A stretch of 64,000 nt of DNA, taken from positions 11,196 to 75,195 of the forward strand of contig CABXTC010000001.1 in assembly GCA_902515095.1 (NCBI GenBank), given 5' to 3'. Below are positions 50,894-60,922 of the stretch, piece after piece. The stretch's first letter is position 1. Every line of letters begins with the position of its first letter. The stretch comes from an uncultured Pelagibacteraceae bacterium (GTDB lineage: Bacteria; Pseudomonadota; Alphaproteobacteria; Pelagibacterales; Pelagibacteraceae). The position numbers and the translations under genes are program-made. The notes below the pieces were generated by a model. It saw only the letters and a list, made by a program, of their open reading frames with translations. It was not told where the DNA came from and made no database searches.

Positions 50894-51594
50894 TGAACAA
50901 GAAAAATAATAAAAAAGAAAATAATATAATAAATTTTCCAAACAAATTATCCTCCATTGAAAAAGAAATTGAAGCAATAATTTTTGCTGCTGCTGAACCT
51001 CTCGATATTGATACAATCCAAAGTAAAATTTCAAAAAAAACTGATGTAGAAAAAATATTATTTAAATTACAAAAAGAGTATCTAGATCGTGGAATAAATT
51101 TAATTTGTATTTCAAAAAAATGGTCTTTTAGAACTTCTCCATCTTTATCAAGTATAATGCAACAAGAGAAAACTGTTGAGAAAAAACTATCGCGTGCTGC
51201 TATCGAAACACTTGCAATTATTGTTTATCACCAACCAGTTACAAGAGCTGAAATAGAAGAAATAAGAGGTGTTGCATTTGGTACAAATACTTTAGATATA
51301 TTGATGGAATTAAATTGGGTAAAACCTGGTGGCAGAAAGGATGTACCAGGAAAACCTATTCAATATGTTACTACTGACGATTTTTTAAGTCATTTTAATC
51401 TTCAGAAATTATCAGATTTACCAACTGTAGATGAACTTGGTGCTGCTGGATTAATTGATAGCACAAATATTGATAATGCAATTTTTGGAACAGGTAAATT
51501 CTACAAAGAAAAACAAGGTGATAAAAAAGAGGACATTTATTCAAATATTGACGAAATGTTAACTAGTACCTTGAACACAGAGGATAAAAAATAA
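50893..51594 (+). CDS. scpB: SMC-Scp complex subunit ScpB
   Basis: EAIIFA, LSRAAIETLAIIVYHQPVTRAEIEEIRG, PGKP, FLSHF, LSDLP. Confidence 0.96.
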   Translation: MNKKNNKKENNIINFPNKLSSIEKEIEAIIFAAAEPLDIDTIQSKISKKTDVEKILFKLQKEYLDRGINLICISKKWSFRTSPSLSSIMQQEKTVEKKLSRAAIETLAIIVYHQPVTRAEIEEIRGVAFGTNTLDILMELNWVKPGGRKDVPGKPIQYVTTDDFLSHFNLQKLSDLPTVDELGAAGLIDSTNIDNAIFGTGKFYKEKQGDKKEDIYSNIDEMLTSTLNTEDKK

Positions 51595-51659
51595 GTCCTT
51601 CTATTTGGTATATAAAAAAGTCACTTTCAAATTGATTACAAAAGATATATAAGTTTTTT

Positions 51660-51860
51660 ATGAGTATTGGAATTTGGCAAATAGCAATTGTTGTTATCCT
51701 TGTGGTGCTTCTTTTTGGTAGGGGTAAAATATCAAGTTTGATGGGCGATGTTGCTAAAGGTATTAAAAGTTTTAAAAAGGGGATGGCATCAGATGCTACT
51801 GATGACAACGAACCTAAAAATATTTCCGAAGACAATCAGGATACTAATAAAAAAGATTAA
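51660..51860 (+). CDS. tatA: Twin-arginine translocase TatA
   Basis: [25 protein letters not shown]. Confidence 0.93.
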   Translation: MSIGIWQIAIVVILVVLLFGRGKISSLMGDVAKGIKSFKKGMASDATDDNEPKNISEDNQDTNKKD

Positions 51861-51865
51861 ATCAC

Positions 51866-52075
51866 ATGCCTACTATTGGTTGGTTTGAGATTTTAATAAT
51901 AGTAGCGATTGCTATAATTGTTCTTGGACCTAAAGATTTTCCTATAATGTTAAAAAAAGTTGGATCATGGATAGGTACAGCTAAAAAATATATTAACAAT
52001 ATACAAAATGAAGTTTCAAATATTGATATTGAAGATGATAAAATAGAAAAAAAAGAAGAAAAAAAAGATGAATAA
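51866..52075 (+). CDS. tatB: Twin-arginine translocase TatB (short)
   Basis: IGWFEILII...VLGPKDFP; between tatA and tatC. Confidence 0.88.
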   Translation: MPTIGWFEILIIVAIAIIVLGPKDFPIMLKKVGSWIGTAKKYINNIQNEVSNIDIEDDKIEKKEEKKDE

Positions 52076-52838
52076 TGAAGAAAATGAAGGTGGCTTCATA
52101 AGTCATTTAGCAGAACTGAGAAAAAGACTTATACATAGTTTTATTTTTCTCATTGTTTTTTTTATTGGATGCTATTTTTTTGCAGAACACTTGTATGGAT
52201 TTTTAGTAGATCCTTTTGCTCAAGCTGTTAAAGATGATGGAACCAACAGACGATTAATATTTACTGCTCTCCAAGAAACCTTTTTGACATATCTAAAGAT
52301 TTCTTTCTTTACAGCATTTTTTGTAACTTGCCCGTTTATATTAATGCAAATTTGGAAATTTATAGCACCCGGCTTATATAAACATGAAAAACATGCAATC
52401 TTACCTTATCTAATATTAACTCCAGTACTTTTTTTTCTAGGAGGGATGTTAGTTTATTATTTAATTATGCCGTTAGCCATAAAGTTTTTTTTATCGTTTG
52501 AAAGCACAGGTTTATCTACAAATTTACCTATTCAATTAGAAGCTAAAGTAAATGAGTATTTATCACTAGTCATGAAACTTATTTTCGCTTTTGGCATAAG
52601 TTTCCAATTACCTGTTGTCTTAAGTTTATTAGCTAGAATTGGTATTGTTGATTCTGAATTTTTAAAGAAAAGAAGAAAATATGTTGTAGTTATAATTTTT
52701 ACTGCAGCAGCATTATTGACACCACCAGACCCTGTAACACAAATTGGTTTAGCAATTCCATTATTAATTTTATATGAATTATCAATTTTTTCTGTAAAGT
52801 TTATAGAAGATAAGAAATTGAAAGATTCAAATGCATAA
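52068..52838 (+). CDS. tatC: Twin-arginine translocase TatC
   Basis: HLAELRKRL, QIWKFIAPGLY, FQLP, TPPDP, LYE. Confidence 0.97.
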   Translation: MNNEENEGGFISHLAELRKRLIHSFIFLIVFFIGCYFFAEHLYGFLVDPFAQAVKDDGTNRRLIFTALQETFLTYLKISFFTAFFVTCPFILMQIWKFIAPGLYKHEKHAILPYLILTPVLFFLGGMLVYYLIMPLAIKFFLSFESTGLSTNLPIQLEAKVNEYLSLVMKLIFAFGISFQLPVVLSLLARIGIVDSEFLKKRRKYVVVIIFTAAALLTPPDPVTQIGLAIPLLILYELSIFSVKFIEDKKLKDSNA

Positions 52839-54090
52839 CTTAAAGGAAATAAGAAAAAATTTTGATGATTTTAAAAAAGCTCTTGAAGGTAGATTTCTTA
52901 AAATAGATTTTAACCAACTTAAAGATTTAGATATTCAAAATAGAAATTTTATTCAAAAAAAAGAGTCTTTAGAAAGTGAAAAAAAAGAAATTTCAAAGTC
53001 CAAAGATGAAAAATTATTTAAAAAATCAAAAGAAATTTCTAACGAATTAGAGGAAATTTCAAAAAAACAAAAAATTATTAAAGATAAATTAGATAAGATT
53101 TTATCATTTATACCAAATATTCCTCACAAGGACGTTCCTCATGGAAAAGATGAAAATGATAACGTAGAAATAATGAAGTCAGGTCAAATACCAAAATTTG
53201 ATTTTAACCCTCTGTCACATTATGAATTAGGTGAAAAACTTGGAATGTTTGATTTTGATTTAGCGACAAAAACCACTGGTTCACGTTTTGTATTTGTTAA
53301 AAGTAAACTAGCATTACTAGAAAGAGCTATTTCAAATTTTATGTTGGATACGCACATATTAAAAAATGGTTATGAAGAAATTTCACCTCCCTTATTCGCT
53401 TCTGAAAGTACAATGTTTGGCACTGGTCAACTTCCTAAATTTGAAAATGATCAATTTGAAATAAAACTTGATGATAACGGTGAAAGAAAATTTTTGATAC
53501 CTACGGCAGAAGTAATTTTAACTAATATTGTAAAAGACAAGATTATTAATCAAAAAGATCTACCAATGAGATTTGTTGCGTCCACACCTTGCTTTAGAAA
53601 AGAAGCAGGTAGTTACGGAAAAGATACAAAAGGAATGATTAGACAGCACCAGTTTTATAAAGTTGAAATGGTTAGTATTGTTGAACAAGAAAAATGCCTT
53701 GATGAATTGGAGAGAATGACAAAATGTGCAACTACGATTTTAGATCTATTGGAATTACCATACAGAAAAATGATTTTATGCAGTGGTGACATGGGCTTTA
53801 GTGCCGAGAAAACCTATGACATTGAAGTTTGGTTACCTTCAGAAAAAAAATATAGAGAAATTTCTTCTTGCTCGTCTTGTTCAACTTTTCAAGCTGTGAG
53901 AATGAAAGCAAGATACAAAAATCAAAAAAATGAAACTCTTTCTGTTGGTACTTTGAATGGTAGTGGTTTAGCAGTGGGTAGAACTTTGATAGCAATTTTA
54001 GAAAATTATCAGCAAAAAGATGGTTCGATAATAATTCCAAAAATTTTAAGACCGTATATGGACAATTTGGAAAAAATTTCCCTCAAATAA
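52831..54090 (+). CDS. serS: Serine--tRNA ligase
   Basis: N-terminal coiled coil, LIPTAEV, FRKEAG, RQHQF, EISSCS, LNGSGLAVGR. Confidence 0.98.
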   Translation: MHNLKEIRKNFDDFKKALEGRFLKIDFNQLKDLDIQNRNFIQKKESLESEKKEISKSKDEKLFKKSKEISNELEEISKKQKIIKDKLDKILSFIPNIPHKDVPHGKDENDNVEIMKSGQIPKFDFNPLSHYELGEKLGMFDFDLATKTTGSRFVFVKSKLALLERAISNFMLDTHILKNGYEEISPPLFASESTMFGTGQLPKFENDQFEIKLDDNGERKFLIPTAEVILTNIVKDKIINQKDLPMRFVASTPCFRKEAGSYGKDTKGMIRQHQFYKVEMVSIVEQEKCLDELERMTKCATTILDLLELPYRKMILCSGDMGFSAEKTYDIEVWLPSEKKYREISSCSSCSTFQAVRMKARYKNQKNETLSVGTLNGSGLAVGRTLIAILENYQQKDGSIIIPKILRPYMDNLEKISLK

Positions 54091-54144
54091 AGTTGTTTTA
54101 ATCTTTGAGATAGTATAAATAGTCAATTTTAATTAAGGAGTTTT

Positions 54145-54432
54145 ATGGATAGTGCAGGAATAGGACAATTTATACCGTTAATTTTAATTTTTGTTATTTT
54201 TTACTTTTTCTTAATAAGACCTCAGCAAAAAAAAGTTAAAGAACATAAAGCTATGGTTGAGGGTTTAAAAAAAGGTGACAAAATTGTAACCTCTGGTGGT
54301 ATCACTGGAATAATTTCAAGAGTTATCGATAACGATAAAATCGAAGTAGAAATTGCTGAAAATGTAACAGTTGAAGTTATTAGAGGTACTGGTGTTCAAA
54401 GTCTAATGAACTCTCAAGAAGTAAAAAAATAA
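54145..54432 (+). CDS. yajC: Preprotein translocase subunit YajC
   Basis: FYFFLIRPQQKK, GDKIVTSGGI; AAGGAG SD. Confidence 0.95.
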   Translation: MDSAGIGQFIPLILIFVIFYFFLIRPQQKKVKEHKAMVEGLKKGDKIVTSGGITGIISRVIDNDKIEVEIAENVTVEVIRGTGVQSLMNSQEVKK

Positions 54433-54448
54433 TTTTTTTAAATATAAA

Positions 54449-56002
54449 GTGTTATATTTTTCAAAACTAAGAATTTTTTTTATTACTTTAATCTCATTAT
54501 TTTTCATTATAATTGCTTCATCTAATCTTTTTAAATTTGATAACGAAATATTAAATAAAAAAATTAACTTAGGTTTAGATTTACAGGGAGGATCTTATCT
54601 TTTGTTAGAAATTGATAATGATCCAGTAATTGAACAAAAACTTCAGAATTTAACAGTTACAATAAGAAACTATTTCAAAGAGAAAAACATTAAAATCACA
54701 AATTTTAAACTTTTAGATCAAACTCTTTTATTTACTTCAGATGAGAATACTAGACAGACTATTTTGGATGAATTTAATTCAGAAGAAAGCAAATTGAATC
54801 CTTATTATCAAAGATTTAAATCACATCAGTTAGATATAATAGAAGAAAATAATTTTTTTAAAGTTTCTTACTCTAAGCAAGGTATTATTAATTTAAAAAC
54901 TTCTTCTCAGGATCAAGCGCTAGAAATAGTTAGAAGAAGAATAGATGAGATCGGAACAAATGAACCTAACATTCTTAAAAGAGGCAATGATAGAATTTTA
55001 GTTGAATTACCTGGTTTAGATGATCCGATGAGAATTAAATCTTTATTAGGAAAAACTGCAAATTTAACATTTAGATTTGTCACGAATAGTACTGAAGACT
55101 CATTTGGAGCAGAAAAATTAGAATTCGAAGATGGTTCAGAAGAAGCGATAGTTAGTAAAAGAATTATCCTTAGTGGTGATAATCTTTTAGATGCTCAACC
55201 GAGAATGAATAGCGAAACTAATGAAACAGTGGTAAATTTTTCTTTAGATAGGGTAGGCGCAAAAAGATTTGGAAAAGCTACATCTACTGGCATTGGTAAA
55301 AGATTAGCTATCGTTTTGGATGGGAAAATAATTAGTGCGCCAGTGATCAGAGATACAATTGCAACTGGATCTGGTCAAATTAGTGGAGGATTTACATTTC
55401 AATCAGCAACTGATCTTGCTTTACTTTTGAGATCAGGTGCATTGCCTGCTCCTCTTAATATAATTGAAGAGAGAACTGTTGGCCCTGATTTAGGGCAGGA
55501 CTCTATAAACGCAGGTATGATTGCTCTATTAATTGGCTTTATATTGGTCATACTTTTTATATTAGTAAAATATAAAATTTTTGGAATCATCACAAATATT
55601 ACTTTAGTATTAAATCTTTTTATATTAGTTGGAATATTAACTCTATTTGAAGCAACTCTAACTCTACCTGGTATAGCAGGAATAATTCTTACTGTGGGTA
55701 TGGCTGTTGATGCAAATGTTCTAATTTTTGAGAGAATTAAAGAAGAACTTAAGAATGAAAAAAACAATTTGATAGCATTTGATAGTGGTTATACAAAATC
55801 AAGAACTGCTATATTAGATGCAAATATCACCACTTTATTAGCGGCGATTATTTTATTTTTTATGGGATCCGGTCCAATTAAAGGTTTTTCATTAACACTA
55901 GGAATTGGAATATTTACAACATTATTCACTGTTTATTTTATAGCAAGATTATTGACTGTTTTGTATGTATTAAAAAATAAAGAAAAAGAAGGACTGATTT
56001 AG
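54449..56002 (+). CDS. secD: Protein translocase subunit SecD
   Basis: LGLDLQGG, RRIDEIG, VGPDLG, LTLPGIAG, AVDANVLIFERI, DANITT. Confidence 0.97.
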   Translation: MLYFSKLRIFFITLISLFFIIIASSNLFKFDNEILNKKINLGLDLQGGSYLLLEIDNDPVIEQKLQNLTVTIRNYFKEKNIKITNFKLLDQTLLFTSDENTRQTILDEFNSEESKLNPYYQRFKSHQLDIIEENNFFKVSYSKQGIINLKTSSQDQALEIVRRRIDEIGTNEPNILKRGNDRILVELPGLDDPMRIKSLLGKTANLTFRFVTNSTEDSFGAEKLEFEDGSEEAIVSKRIILSGDNLLDAQPRMNSETNETVVNFSLDRVGAKRFGKATSTGIGKRLAIVLDGKIISAPVIRDTIATGSGQISGGFTFQSATDLALLLRSGALPAPLNIIEERTVGPDLGQDSINAGMIALLIGFILVILFILVKYKIFGIITNITLVLNLFILVGILTLFEATLTLPGIAGIILTVGMAVDANVLIFERIKEELKNEKNNLIAFDSGYTKSRTAILDANITTLLAAIILFFMGSGPIKGFSLTLGIGIFTTLFTVYFIARLLTVLYVLKNKEKEGLI

Positions 56003-56890
56003 ATGATCGCTTTTAATAAATATTATAATAAATTTAATATTCTTTCAGCATCTTTAGTAATTATTTCCTTATTGTTACTTACATTTAAAGGTTTAAATTT
56101 TGGAATAGATTTTAAAGGTGGGACTCTTATTGAATTAAGATCTACAGATACAAAAATTAATGTCTCCTCACTCAGAGATAATTTAAGTCAAATGAATTTG
56201 GGTGATGTATCTGTTAAAAACTTTGGAAATGAAACTGATTTTTTAATTAAATTTGAGAATAATGAAAATAAAAACGTAATAGAAGAAATTAAAAATAATT
56301 TGGATAAATCATTTGGGAATAACTTCAATTTCAGACGAGTAGAAAATGTTGGTCCTAAAGTTAGTGCTGAATTATTAAGATCAGGTGTAATTGCAATATC
56401 GGTAGCTTTGTTTTTAATGCTTGTTTATATTTGGATAAGATTTGAATGGCAGTTTAGTTTAGGTGCTATAGCAGCTTTGTTTCATGACGTGATTGTTACT
56501 CTTGGTTTCTTCTCTTTATTGGGTCTTGAGATTAATCTTTCAATAATTGCAGCTGTACTAACGATAGTTGGTTATTCAATGAACGATACAGTTGTTATTT
56601 TTGATAGAGTTAGAGAGAATTTAAGAAAATATTCAGACATAAAAATTTTTGAATTAACAAATATCTCTATAAATGAAACTCTATCTCGAACCTTAATAAC
56701 TTCTGTAACAACTCTATTGGCCTTACTTTCAATATTTTTTTTTGGTGGTGAGGTTTTAAAAGGATTTTCTTTAGCTATGATATTTGGTGTAATCTTTGGT
56801 ACTTATTCATCAATTTATATTGCTAATACAGTTCTAGTAAGACTAAATGTTTCACAAAAAACAGTTCTTAAAGACGATAATAAAATTTAA
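56003..56890 (+). CDS. secF: Protein translocase subunit SecF
   Basis: GIDFKGG, VGPKVS, HDV, GYSMNDTVVIFDRVREN, GTYSSI. Confidence 0.97.
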   Translation: MIAFNKYYNKFNILSASLVIISLLLLTFKGLNFGIDFKGGTLIELRSTDTKINVSSLRDNLSQMNLGDVSVKNFGNETDFLIKFENNENKNVIEEIKNNLDKSFGNNFNFRRVENVGPKVSAELLRSGVIAISVALFLMLVYIWIRFEWQFSLGAIAALFHDVIVTLGFFSLLGLEINLSIIAAVLTIVGYSMNDTVVIFDRVRENLRKYSDIKIFELTNISINETLSRTLITSVTTLLALLSIFFFGGEVLKGFSLAMIFGVIFGTYSSIYIANTVLVRLNVSQKTVLKDDNKI

Positions 56891-57480
56891 TACAAATTTT
56901 GAGCAGCTACCATAGTTAGTAACATTGGTAACGATAAAAGTGTATTTGTTCTTGAAAACAGCATTGCAGTTTTTGCAGATTTAGCTTTTAATTCAGGTTC
57001 GCAGTCTACTATTCCAAGGGCCCTTTTTTGATTTGGCCAAATAACAAACCAAACATTGAAAGCCATAATAATACCTAACCACATCCCAATGCCAATTGCA
57101 GTATGTTTTGGCACACCTGAACCTAGACTTAAAGTCATAGCATCATGCAGATATCCATTTAATCCAGCAACTATTAATCCAGATAATATTGTAAATGCTG
57201 CAGCCCATCTAAAATAAAAAAGTGCTGCTGGAGCTATTACTTTTCCGATGGCAGGTTTTTGTTCATCTGGAATTTTTCCCATGTTGGGTATTTGAACAAA
57301 ATTGAAATACCAAAGTAGTCCTATCCACATTATGCCGACTATTACGTGAATATATCTTGCTAAACTACTCCAAAAAATTCTGTCAAAACTAAAACCATCA
57401 TTTTGATAAAATAAACCAATAAATAAAACAATAGCAATTGCGAGCGAAGCGTGGACAGTTTTAGATAATGATGACAACAT
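56887..57480 (-). CDS. Membrane protein resembling the Urate_ox_N (DUF989/PuuD N-terminal) family, without a cytochrome c domain
   Basis: RYIHVIVGIMWIGLLWYFNFVQ, FRWAAAFT, NVWFVIWPNQK, SRTNT. Start is 57480 or 57489. Confidence 0.6.
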   Translation of the reverse strand: MLSSLSKTVHASLAIAIVLFIGLFYQNDGFSFDRIFWSSLARYIHVIVGIMWIGLLWYFNFVQIPNMGKIPDEQKPAIGKVIAPAALFYFRWAAAFTILSGLIVAGLNGYLHDAMTLSLGSGVPKHTAIGIGMWLGIIMAFNVWFVIWPNQKRALGIVDCEPELKAKSAKTAMLFSRTNTLLSLPMLLTMVAAQNLY

Positions 57481-57514
57481 GCTAAACATATCGATAATTA
57501 TATACTATTTTTAA

Positions 57515-60370
57515 TTAATTCAAAAGTGGTTTCAAAAATTTACCTGTATAACTCTCGTTAATTTTACAAATTTCCTCTGGCTTTCCCTCTGCGATAATCT
57601 TACCACCTTTTACACCTCCTTCAGGGCCCATATCTACAATATAATCAGCTGTCTTAATTACATCTAAATTATGTTCTATAACGACAACAGTGTTTCCTAA
57701 AGCAACAAAGGTTTGAAGTATTTCTAGCAATTTCTTTATATCATGCTGATGTAGACCTGTTGTTGGTTCATCAAGTATATACATTGTTCGCCCGGTTGAT
57801 CTTTTGGATAATTCTTTAGCTAGCTTAATTCTTTGTGCTTCACCACCCGATAAAGTTGTAGCCTGTTGTCCTATTTTTATGTACCCTAAACCAACTTTTT
57901 TTAAAGTTAATAATTTTGTTTTAATATTAGAAATATTTTCAAAATATTCACAACCTTCATCTACTGTCATATTCAAAACATCCGCTATACTTTTATCTTT
58001 AAATTTAATTTCAAGAGTTTCTCGATTATATCGTGTTCCTTTACACTCATCACATTGAATGTAAACGTCTGGAAGAAAGTGCATTTCATATGTAATAACA
58101 CCGTCACCCTCACAAGCTTCACATCTTCCACCTTTAACATTAAAAGAAAACCTACCAGGTTTATATCCTCTTGTTTTTGACTCAGGTAAGTTTGTAAACC
58201 AATCTCTAATTGGCCCAAATGCACCGGTATATGTTGCCGGATTTGACCTTGGAGTTCTACCGATAGGTGATTGATCAATATCAATTATTTTATCTACCAA
58301 CTCGGTCCCCTTAAAACCTTTAAAGGGTTTAGGGATTTTTCTGGATTTATTATTGTTTAAAGTAAGATTAAGGGCATTATAAAGAGTTTGTAATACCAAA
58401 GTAGATTTCCCACTGCCAGAGACACCAGTAACACATGTAAAACTTCCTAAAGGTATTTTTAAATTTACATTGTCTAAATTATTTCCTGTTGCACCTGTAA
58501 TTTCTAAAAATCTTCCATTTTTGGCTAATCTTCTTTTTAAAGGAACACTGATTTTAAATTTATTTGATAGATACTTTCCAGTAATACTATTTTGACATTG
58601 ACTAATTTCTTTTATTGACCCCTGAGCTATTACTTCCCCACCTTTGTTGCCAGCTTCAGGACCAAGATCAATAATATGATCAGCATTTTCCATAGTTTCT
58701 GTATCGTGTTCAACAACAATCACTGTGTTGCCTAAATCTCTTAATCTTTTTAATGCATTAATTAATTTAACATTATCTTTTTGATGAAGACCTATAGAAG
58801 GTTCGTCTAAAACATATAGAACACCGGTTAAACCAGATCCAATTTGTGATGCTAATCTTATTCTTTGTGCCTCACCACCAGATAAAGTACCCGACTCTCT
58901 AGATAAGGTTAAATAATCAAGACCAACATTTAATAAAAAATTTAATCTTTCATTGATTTCTTTTAAAATATGTTCGGCAATTTTATATTGTCTTTTATCT
59001 AATTTATTTTTAAGTTCATTGAACCATTTAGCGGCATCTGAAATCGATTTCTCTGTTACTTCGCTGATGTGTAAACTGTCTATTTTTACACATAAAGCTT
59101 CATCTTTTAGTCTATGACCACTACATCTTTCACATTTCGTGTCTGATTGATATTGGGCTATTTCCTCTCTTTTCCAATCACTATCTGTCTCAAGGTATCT
59201 TCGTTCTAAATTATTTATTACTCCTTCAAAAGTCTTTTTATGAGAGTATTTTTCATAACCATCATCATAGGTAAATTTAATCTCCTCATCATCAGACCCA
59301 TAAAGAATTATGTCTTTGATCTTTTTGGATAACTTTGACCATTTTTCTTCAAGTGAAAATCCATAATGTTTTGAAAGCGAACTTAATGTTTGAGCATAAT
59401 ATAATGTTGTTGTCTTAGCCCAAGGCTCAATAGCTCCATCAATAATACTCTTTTTTTCATTTGGTATAACTAAATTTGGGTCTACATTTAATTTTATACC
59501 AATTCCTTCACATTCTTCACAAGCTCCAAATGGGCTATTGAAAGAAAATAATCTAGGTTCAATTTCCTCAATTGTAAAACCACTTTCGGGACAAGCAAAC
59601 TTTGTAGAAAAGATTAATTTCTCTATTTTTCTAAATTTTTTTGGTAAAGTTTCATCTTCGTATTCAACAAAAATAAGACCATTTGCAAGTTGAATTGATG
59701 TTTCTATACTTTCGGCTAATCTATTTCCTAAAGATGAATTTAAAATTATTCTATCAGTAAGTATAGATATATCATGTTTAATCTTCTTATTTAATTCAGG
59801 AACTTTATCTATTTCATATAAAACATTATCAACTTTAATTTTTCTAAAACCTCTTTTTTTATAGTTTAGAATTTCTTTTTTATATTCTCCCTTACGCCCC
59901 CTCACAACCGGTGCATAAAGATATATCGTTGATTTTTTTGGTAGCTTTTTAATTTGATCAACAATCTGGCTCACTGTTTGTGACTCTATTGGTTTTCCAG
60001 TAAACGGTGAGTATGGAATTCCTGCTCTGGCATACAAAACCCTCATATAATCATAAATTTCAGTCACAGTTGCTACTGTAGATCTAGGATTTTTTGAAGT
60101 ATTCTTTTGTTCAATAGATATTGCGGGACTCAGACCCTCTATTAAGTCAACATTTGGTTTTTTCATTTTGTCTAAAAACTGTCTTGCATATGCTGACAAG
60201 CTTTCAACGTATCTTCTTTGACCTTCAGCATAAATAGTATCGAATGCTAATGAAGATTTTCCAGAACCAGATAAGCCCGTTATTACAATAAATTTATCCT
60301 TAGGAATTTCCAAAGATACATTTTTTAAATTATGTTCTTTTGCACCCTTTATAACTATCTTTTTAATCAT
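57515..60370 (-). CDS. uvrA: Excinuclease ABC subunit A
   Basis: Two Walker A motifs ([18 protein letters not shown]), LSGGEAQR twice, zinc-finger CxxC pairs. Confidence 0.99.
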   Translation of the reverse strand: MIKKIVIKGAKEHNLKNVSLEIPKDKFIVITGLSGSGKSSLAFDTIYAEGQRRYVESLSAYARQFLDKMKKPNVDLIEGLSPAISIEQKNTSKNPRSTVATVTEIYDYMRVLYARAGIPYSPFTGKPIESQTVSQIVDQIKKLPKKSTIYLYAPVVRGRKGEYKKEILNYKKRGFRKIKVDNVLYEIDKVPELNKKIKHDISILTDRIILNSSLGNRLAESIETSIQLANGLIFVEYEDETLPKKFRKIEKLIFSTKFACPESGFTIEEIEPRLFSFNSPFGACEECEGIGIKLNVDPNLVIPNEKKSIIDGAIEPWAKTTTLYYAQTLSSLSKHYGFSLEEKWSKLSKKIKDIILYGSDDEEIKFTYDDGYEKYSHKKTFEGVINNLERRYLETDSDWKREEIAQYQSDTKCERCSGHRLKDEALCVKIDSLHISEVTEKSISDAAKWFNELKNKLDKRQYKIAEHILKEINERLNFLLNVGLDYLTLSRESGTLSGGEAQRIRLASQIGSGLTGVLYVLDEPSIGLHQKDNVKLINALKRLRDLGNTVIVVEHDTETMENADHIIDLGPEAGNKGGEVIAQGSIKEISQCQNSITGKYLSNKFKISVPLKRRLAKNGRFLEITGATGNNLDNVNLKIPLGSFTCVTGVSGSGKSTLVLQTLYNALNLTLNNNKSRKIPKPFKGFKGTELVDKIIDIDQSPIGRTPRSNPATYTGAFGPIRDWFTNLPESKTRGYKPGRFSFNVKGGRCEACEGDGVITYEMHFLPDVYIQCDECKGTRYNRETLEIKFKDKSIADVLNMTVDEGCEYFENISNIKTKLLTLKKVGLGYIKIGQQATTLSGGEAQRIKLAKELSKRSTGRTMYILDEPTTGLHQHDIKKLLEILQTFVALGNTVVVIEHNLDVIKTADYIVDMGPEGGVKGGKIIAEGKPEEICKINESYTGKFLKPLLN

Positions 60371-60461
60371 ATTTTTTGTTGCTTTGACTTAATAAAATTA
60401 ATATTCAGAGTAAAATTGTGATATAATTTAAATAAATTAATTTAACAAATATTAAAATATT

Positions 60462-60917
60462 ATGGCTGGAAGTTTAAATAAAGTACTTTTAATTGGTCGT
60501 TTAGGCGCAGATCCTGAGGTTAAACAAATGGTGAATGGAAAAAGTGTAGCGAGGTTAAGTCTTGCTACAAGTCAGTCTTGGAAAGACAAAAATACAGGTG
60601 AAAAAAAGGAAAAAACTGAATGGCACCGTATAGTTGTATTTAATGAAGGCTTGGTAAACGTAGTTCAACAATATCTTAAAAAAGGAGCTCAAATTTATGT
60701 TGAAGGTCAATTAACAACAAGAAAATGGAAAGATGAACAATCTGGACAAGATAAATATTCTACAGAAGTAGTTATTCAAGGTTACAATTCATCTTTAACT
60801 ATGCTTGGTGGTGGTAATTCTGGTGGAGGGATTGCAAATGATAATTCACAAATATCAAATAATACTGAGGATTTATCCCAAGTACAAAATGATATGGATG
60901 ACGACATTCCATTTTAA
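60462..60917 (+). CDS. ssb: Single-stranded DNA-binding protein
   Basis: [22 protein letters not shown]-terminal DDIPF. Confidence 0.98.
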   Translation: MAGSLNKVLLIGRLGADPEVKQMVNGKSVARLSLATSQSWKDKNTGEKKEKTEWHRIVVFNEGLVNVVQQYLKKGAQIYVEGQLTTRKWKDEQSGQDKYSTEVVIQGYNSSLTMLGGGNSGGGIANDNSQISNNTEDLSQVQNDMDDDIPF

Positions 60918-60922
60918 CTTCC

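Noticed and set aside
54448-54462. TGTTATA Zur half-site at the secD start
   Set aside because: The second half-site is missing, and the sequence is explained by the GTG TTA TAT codons.
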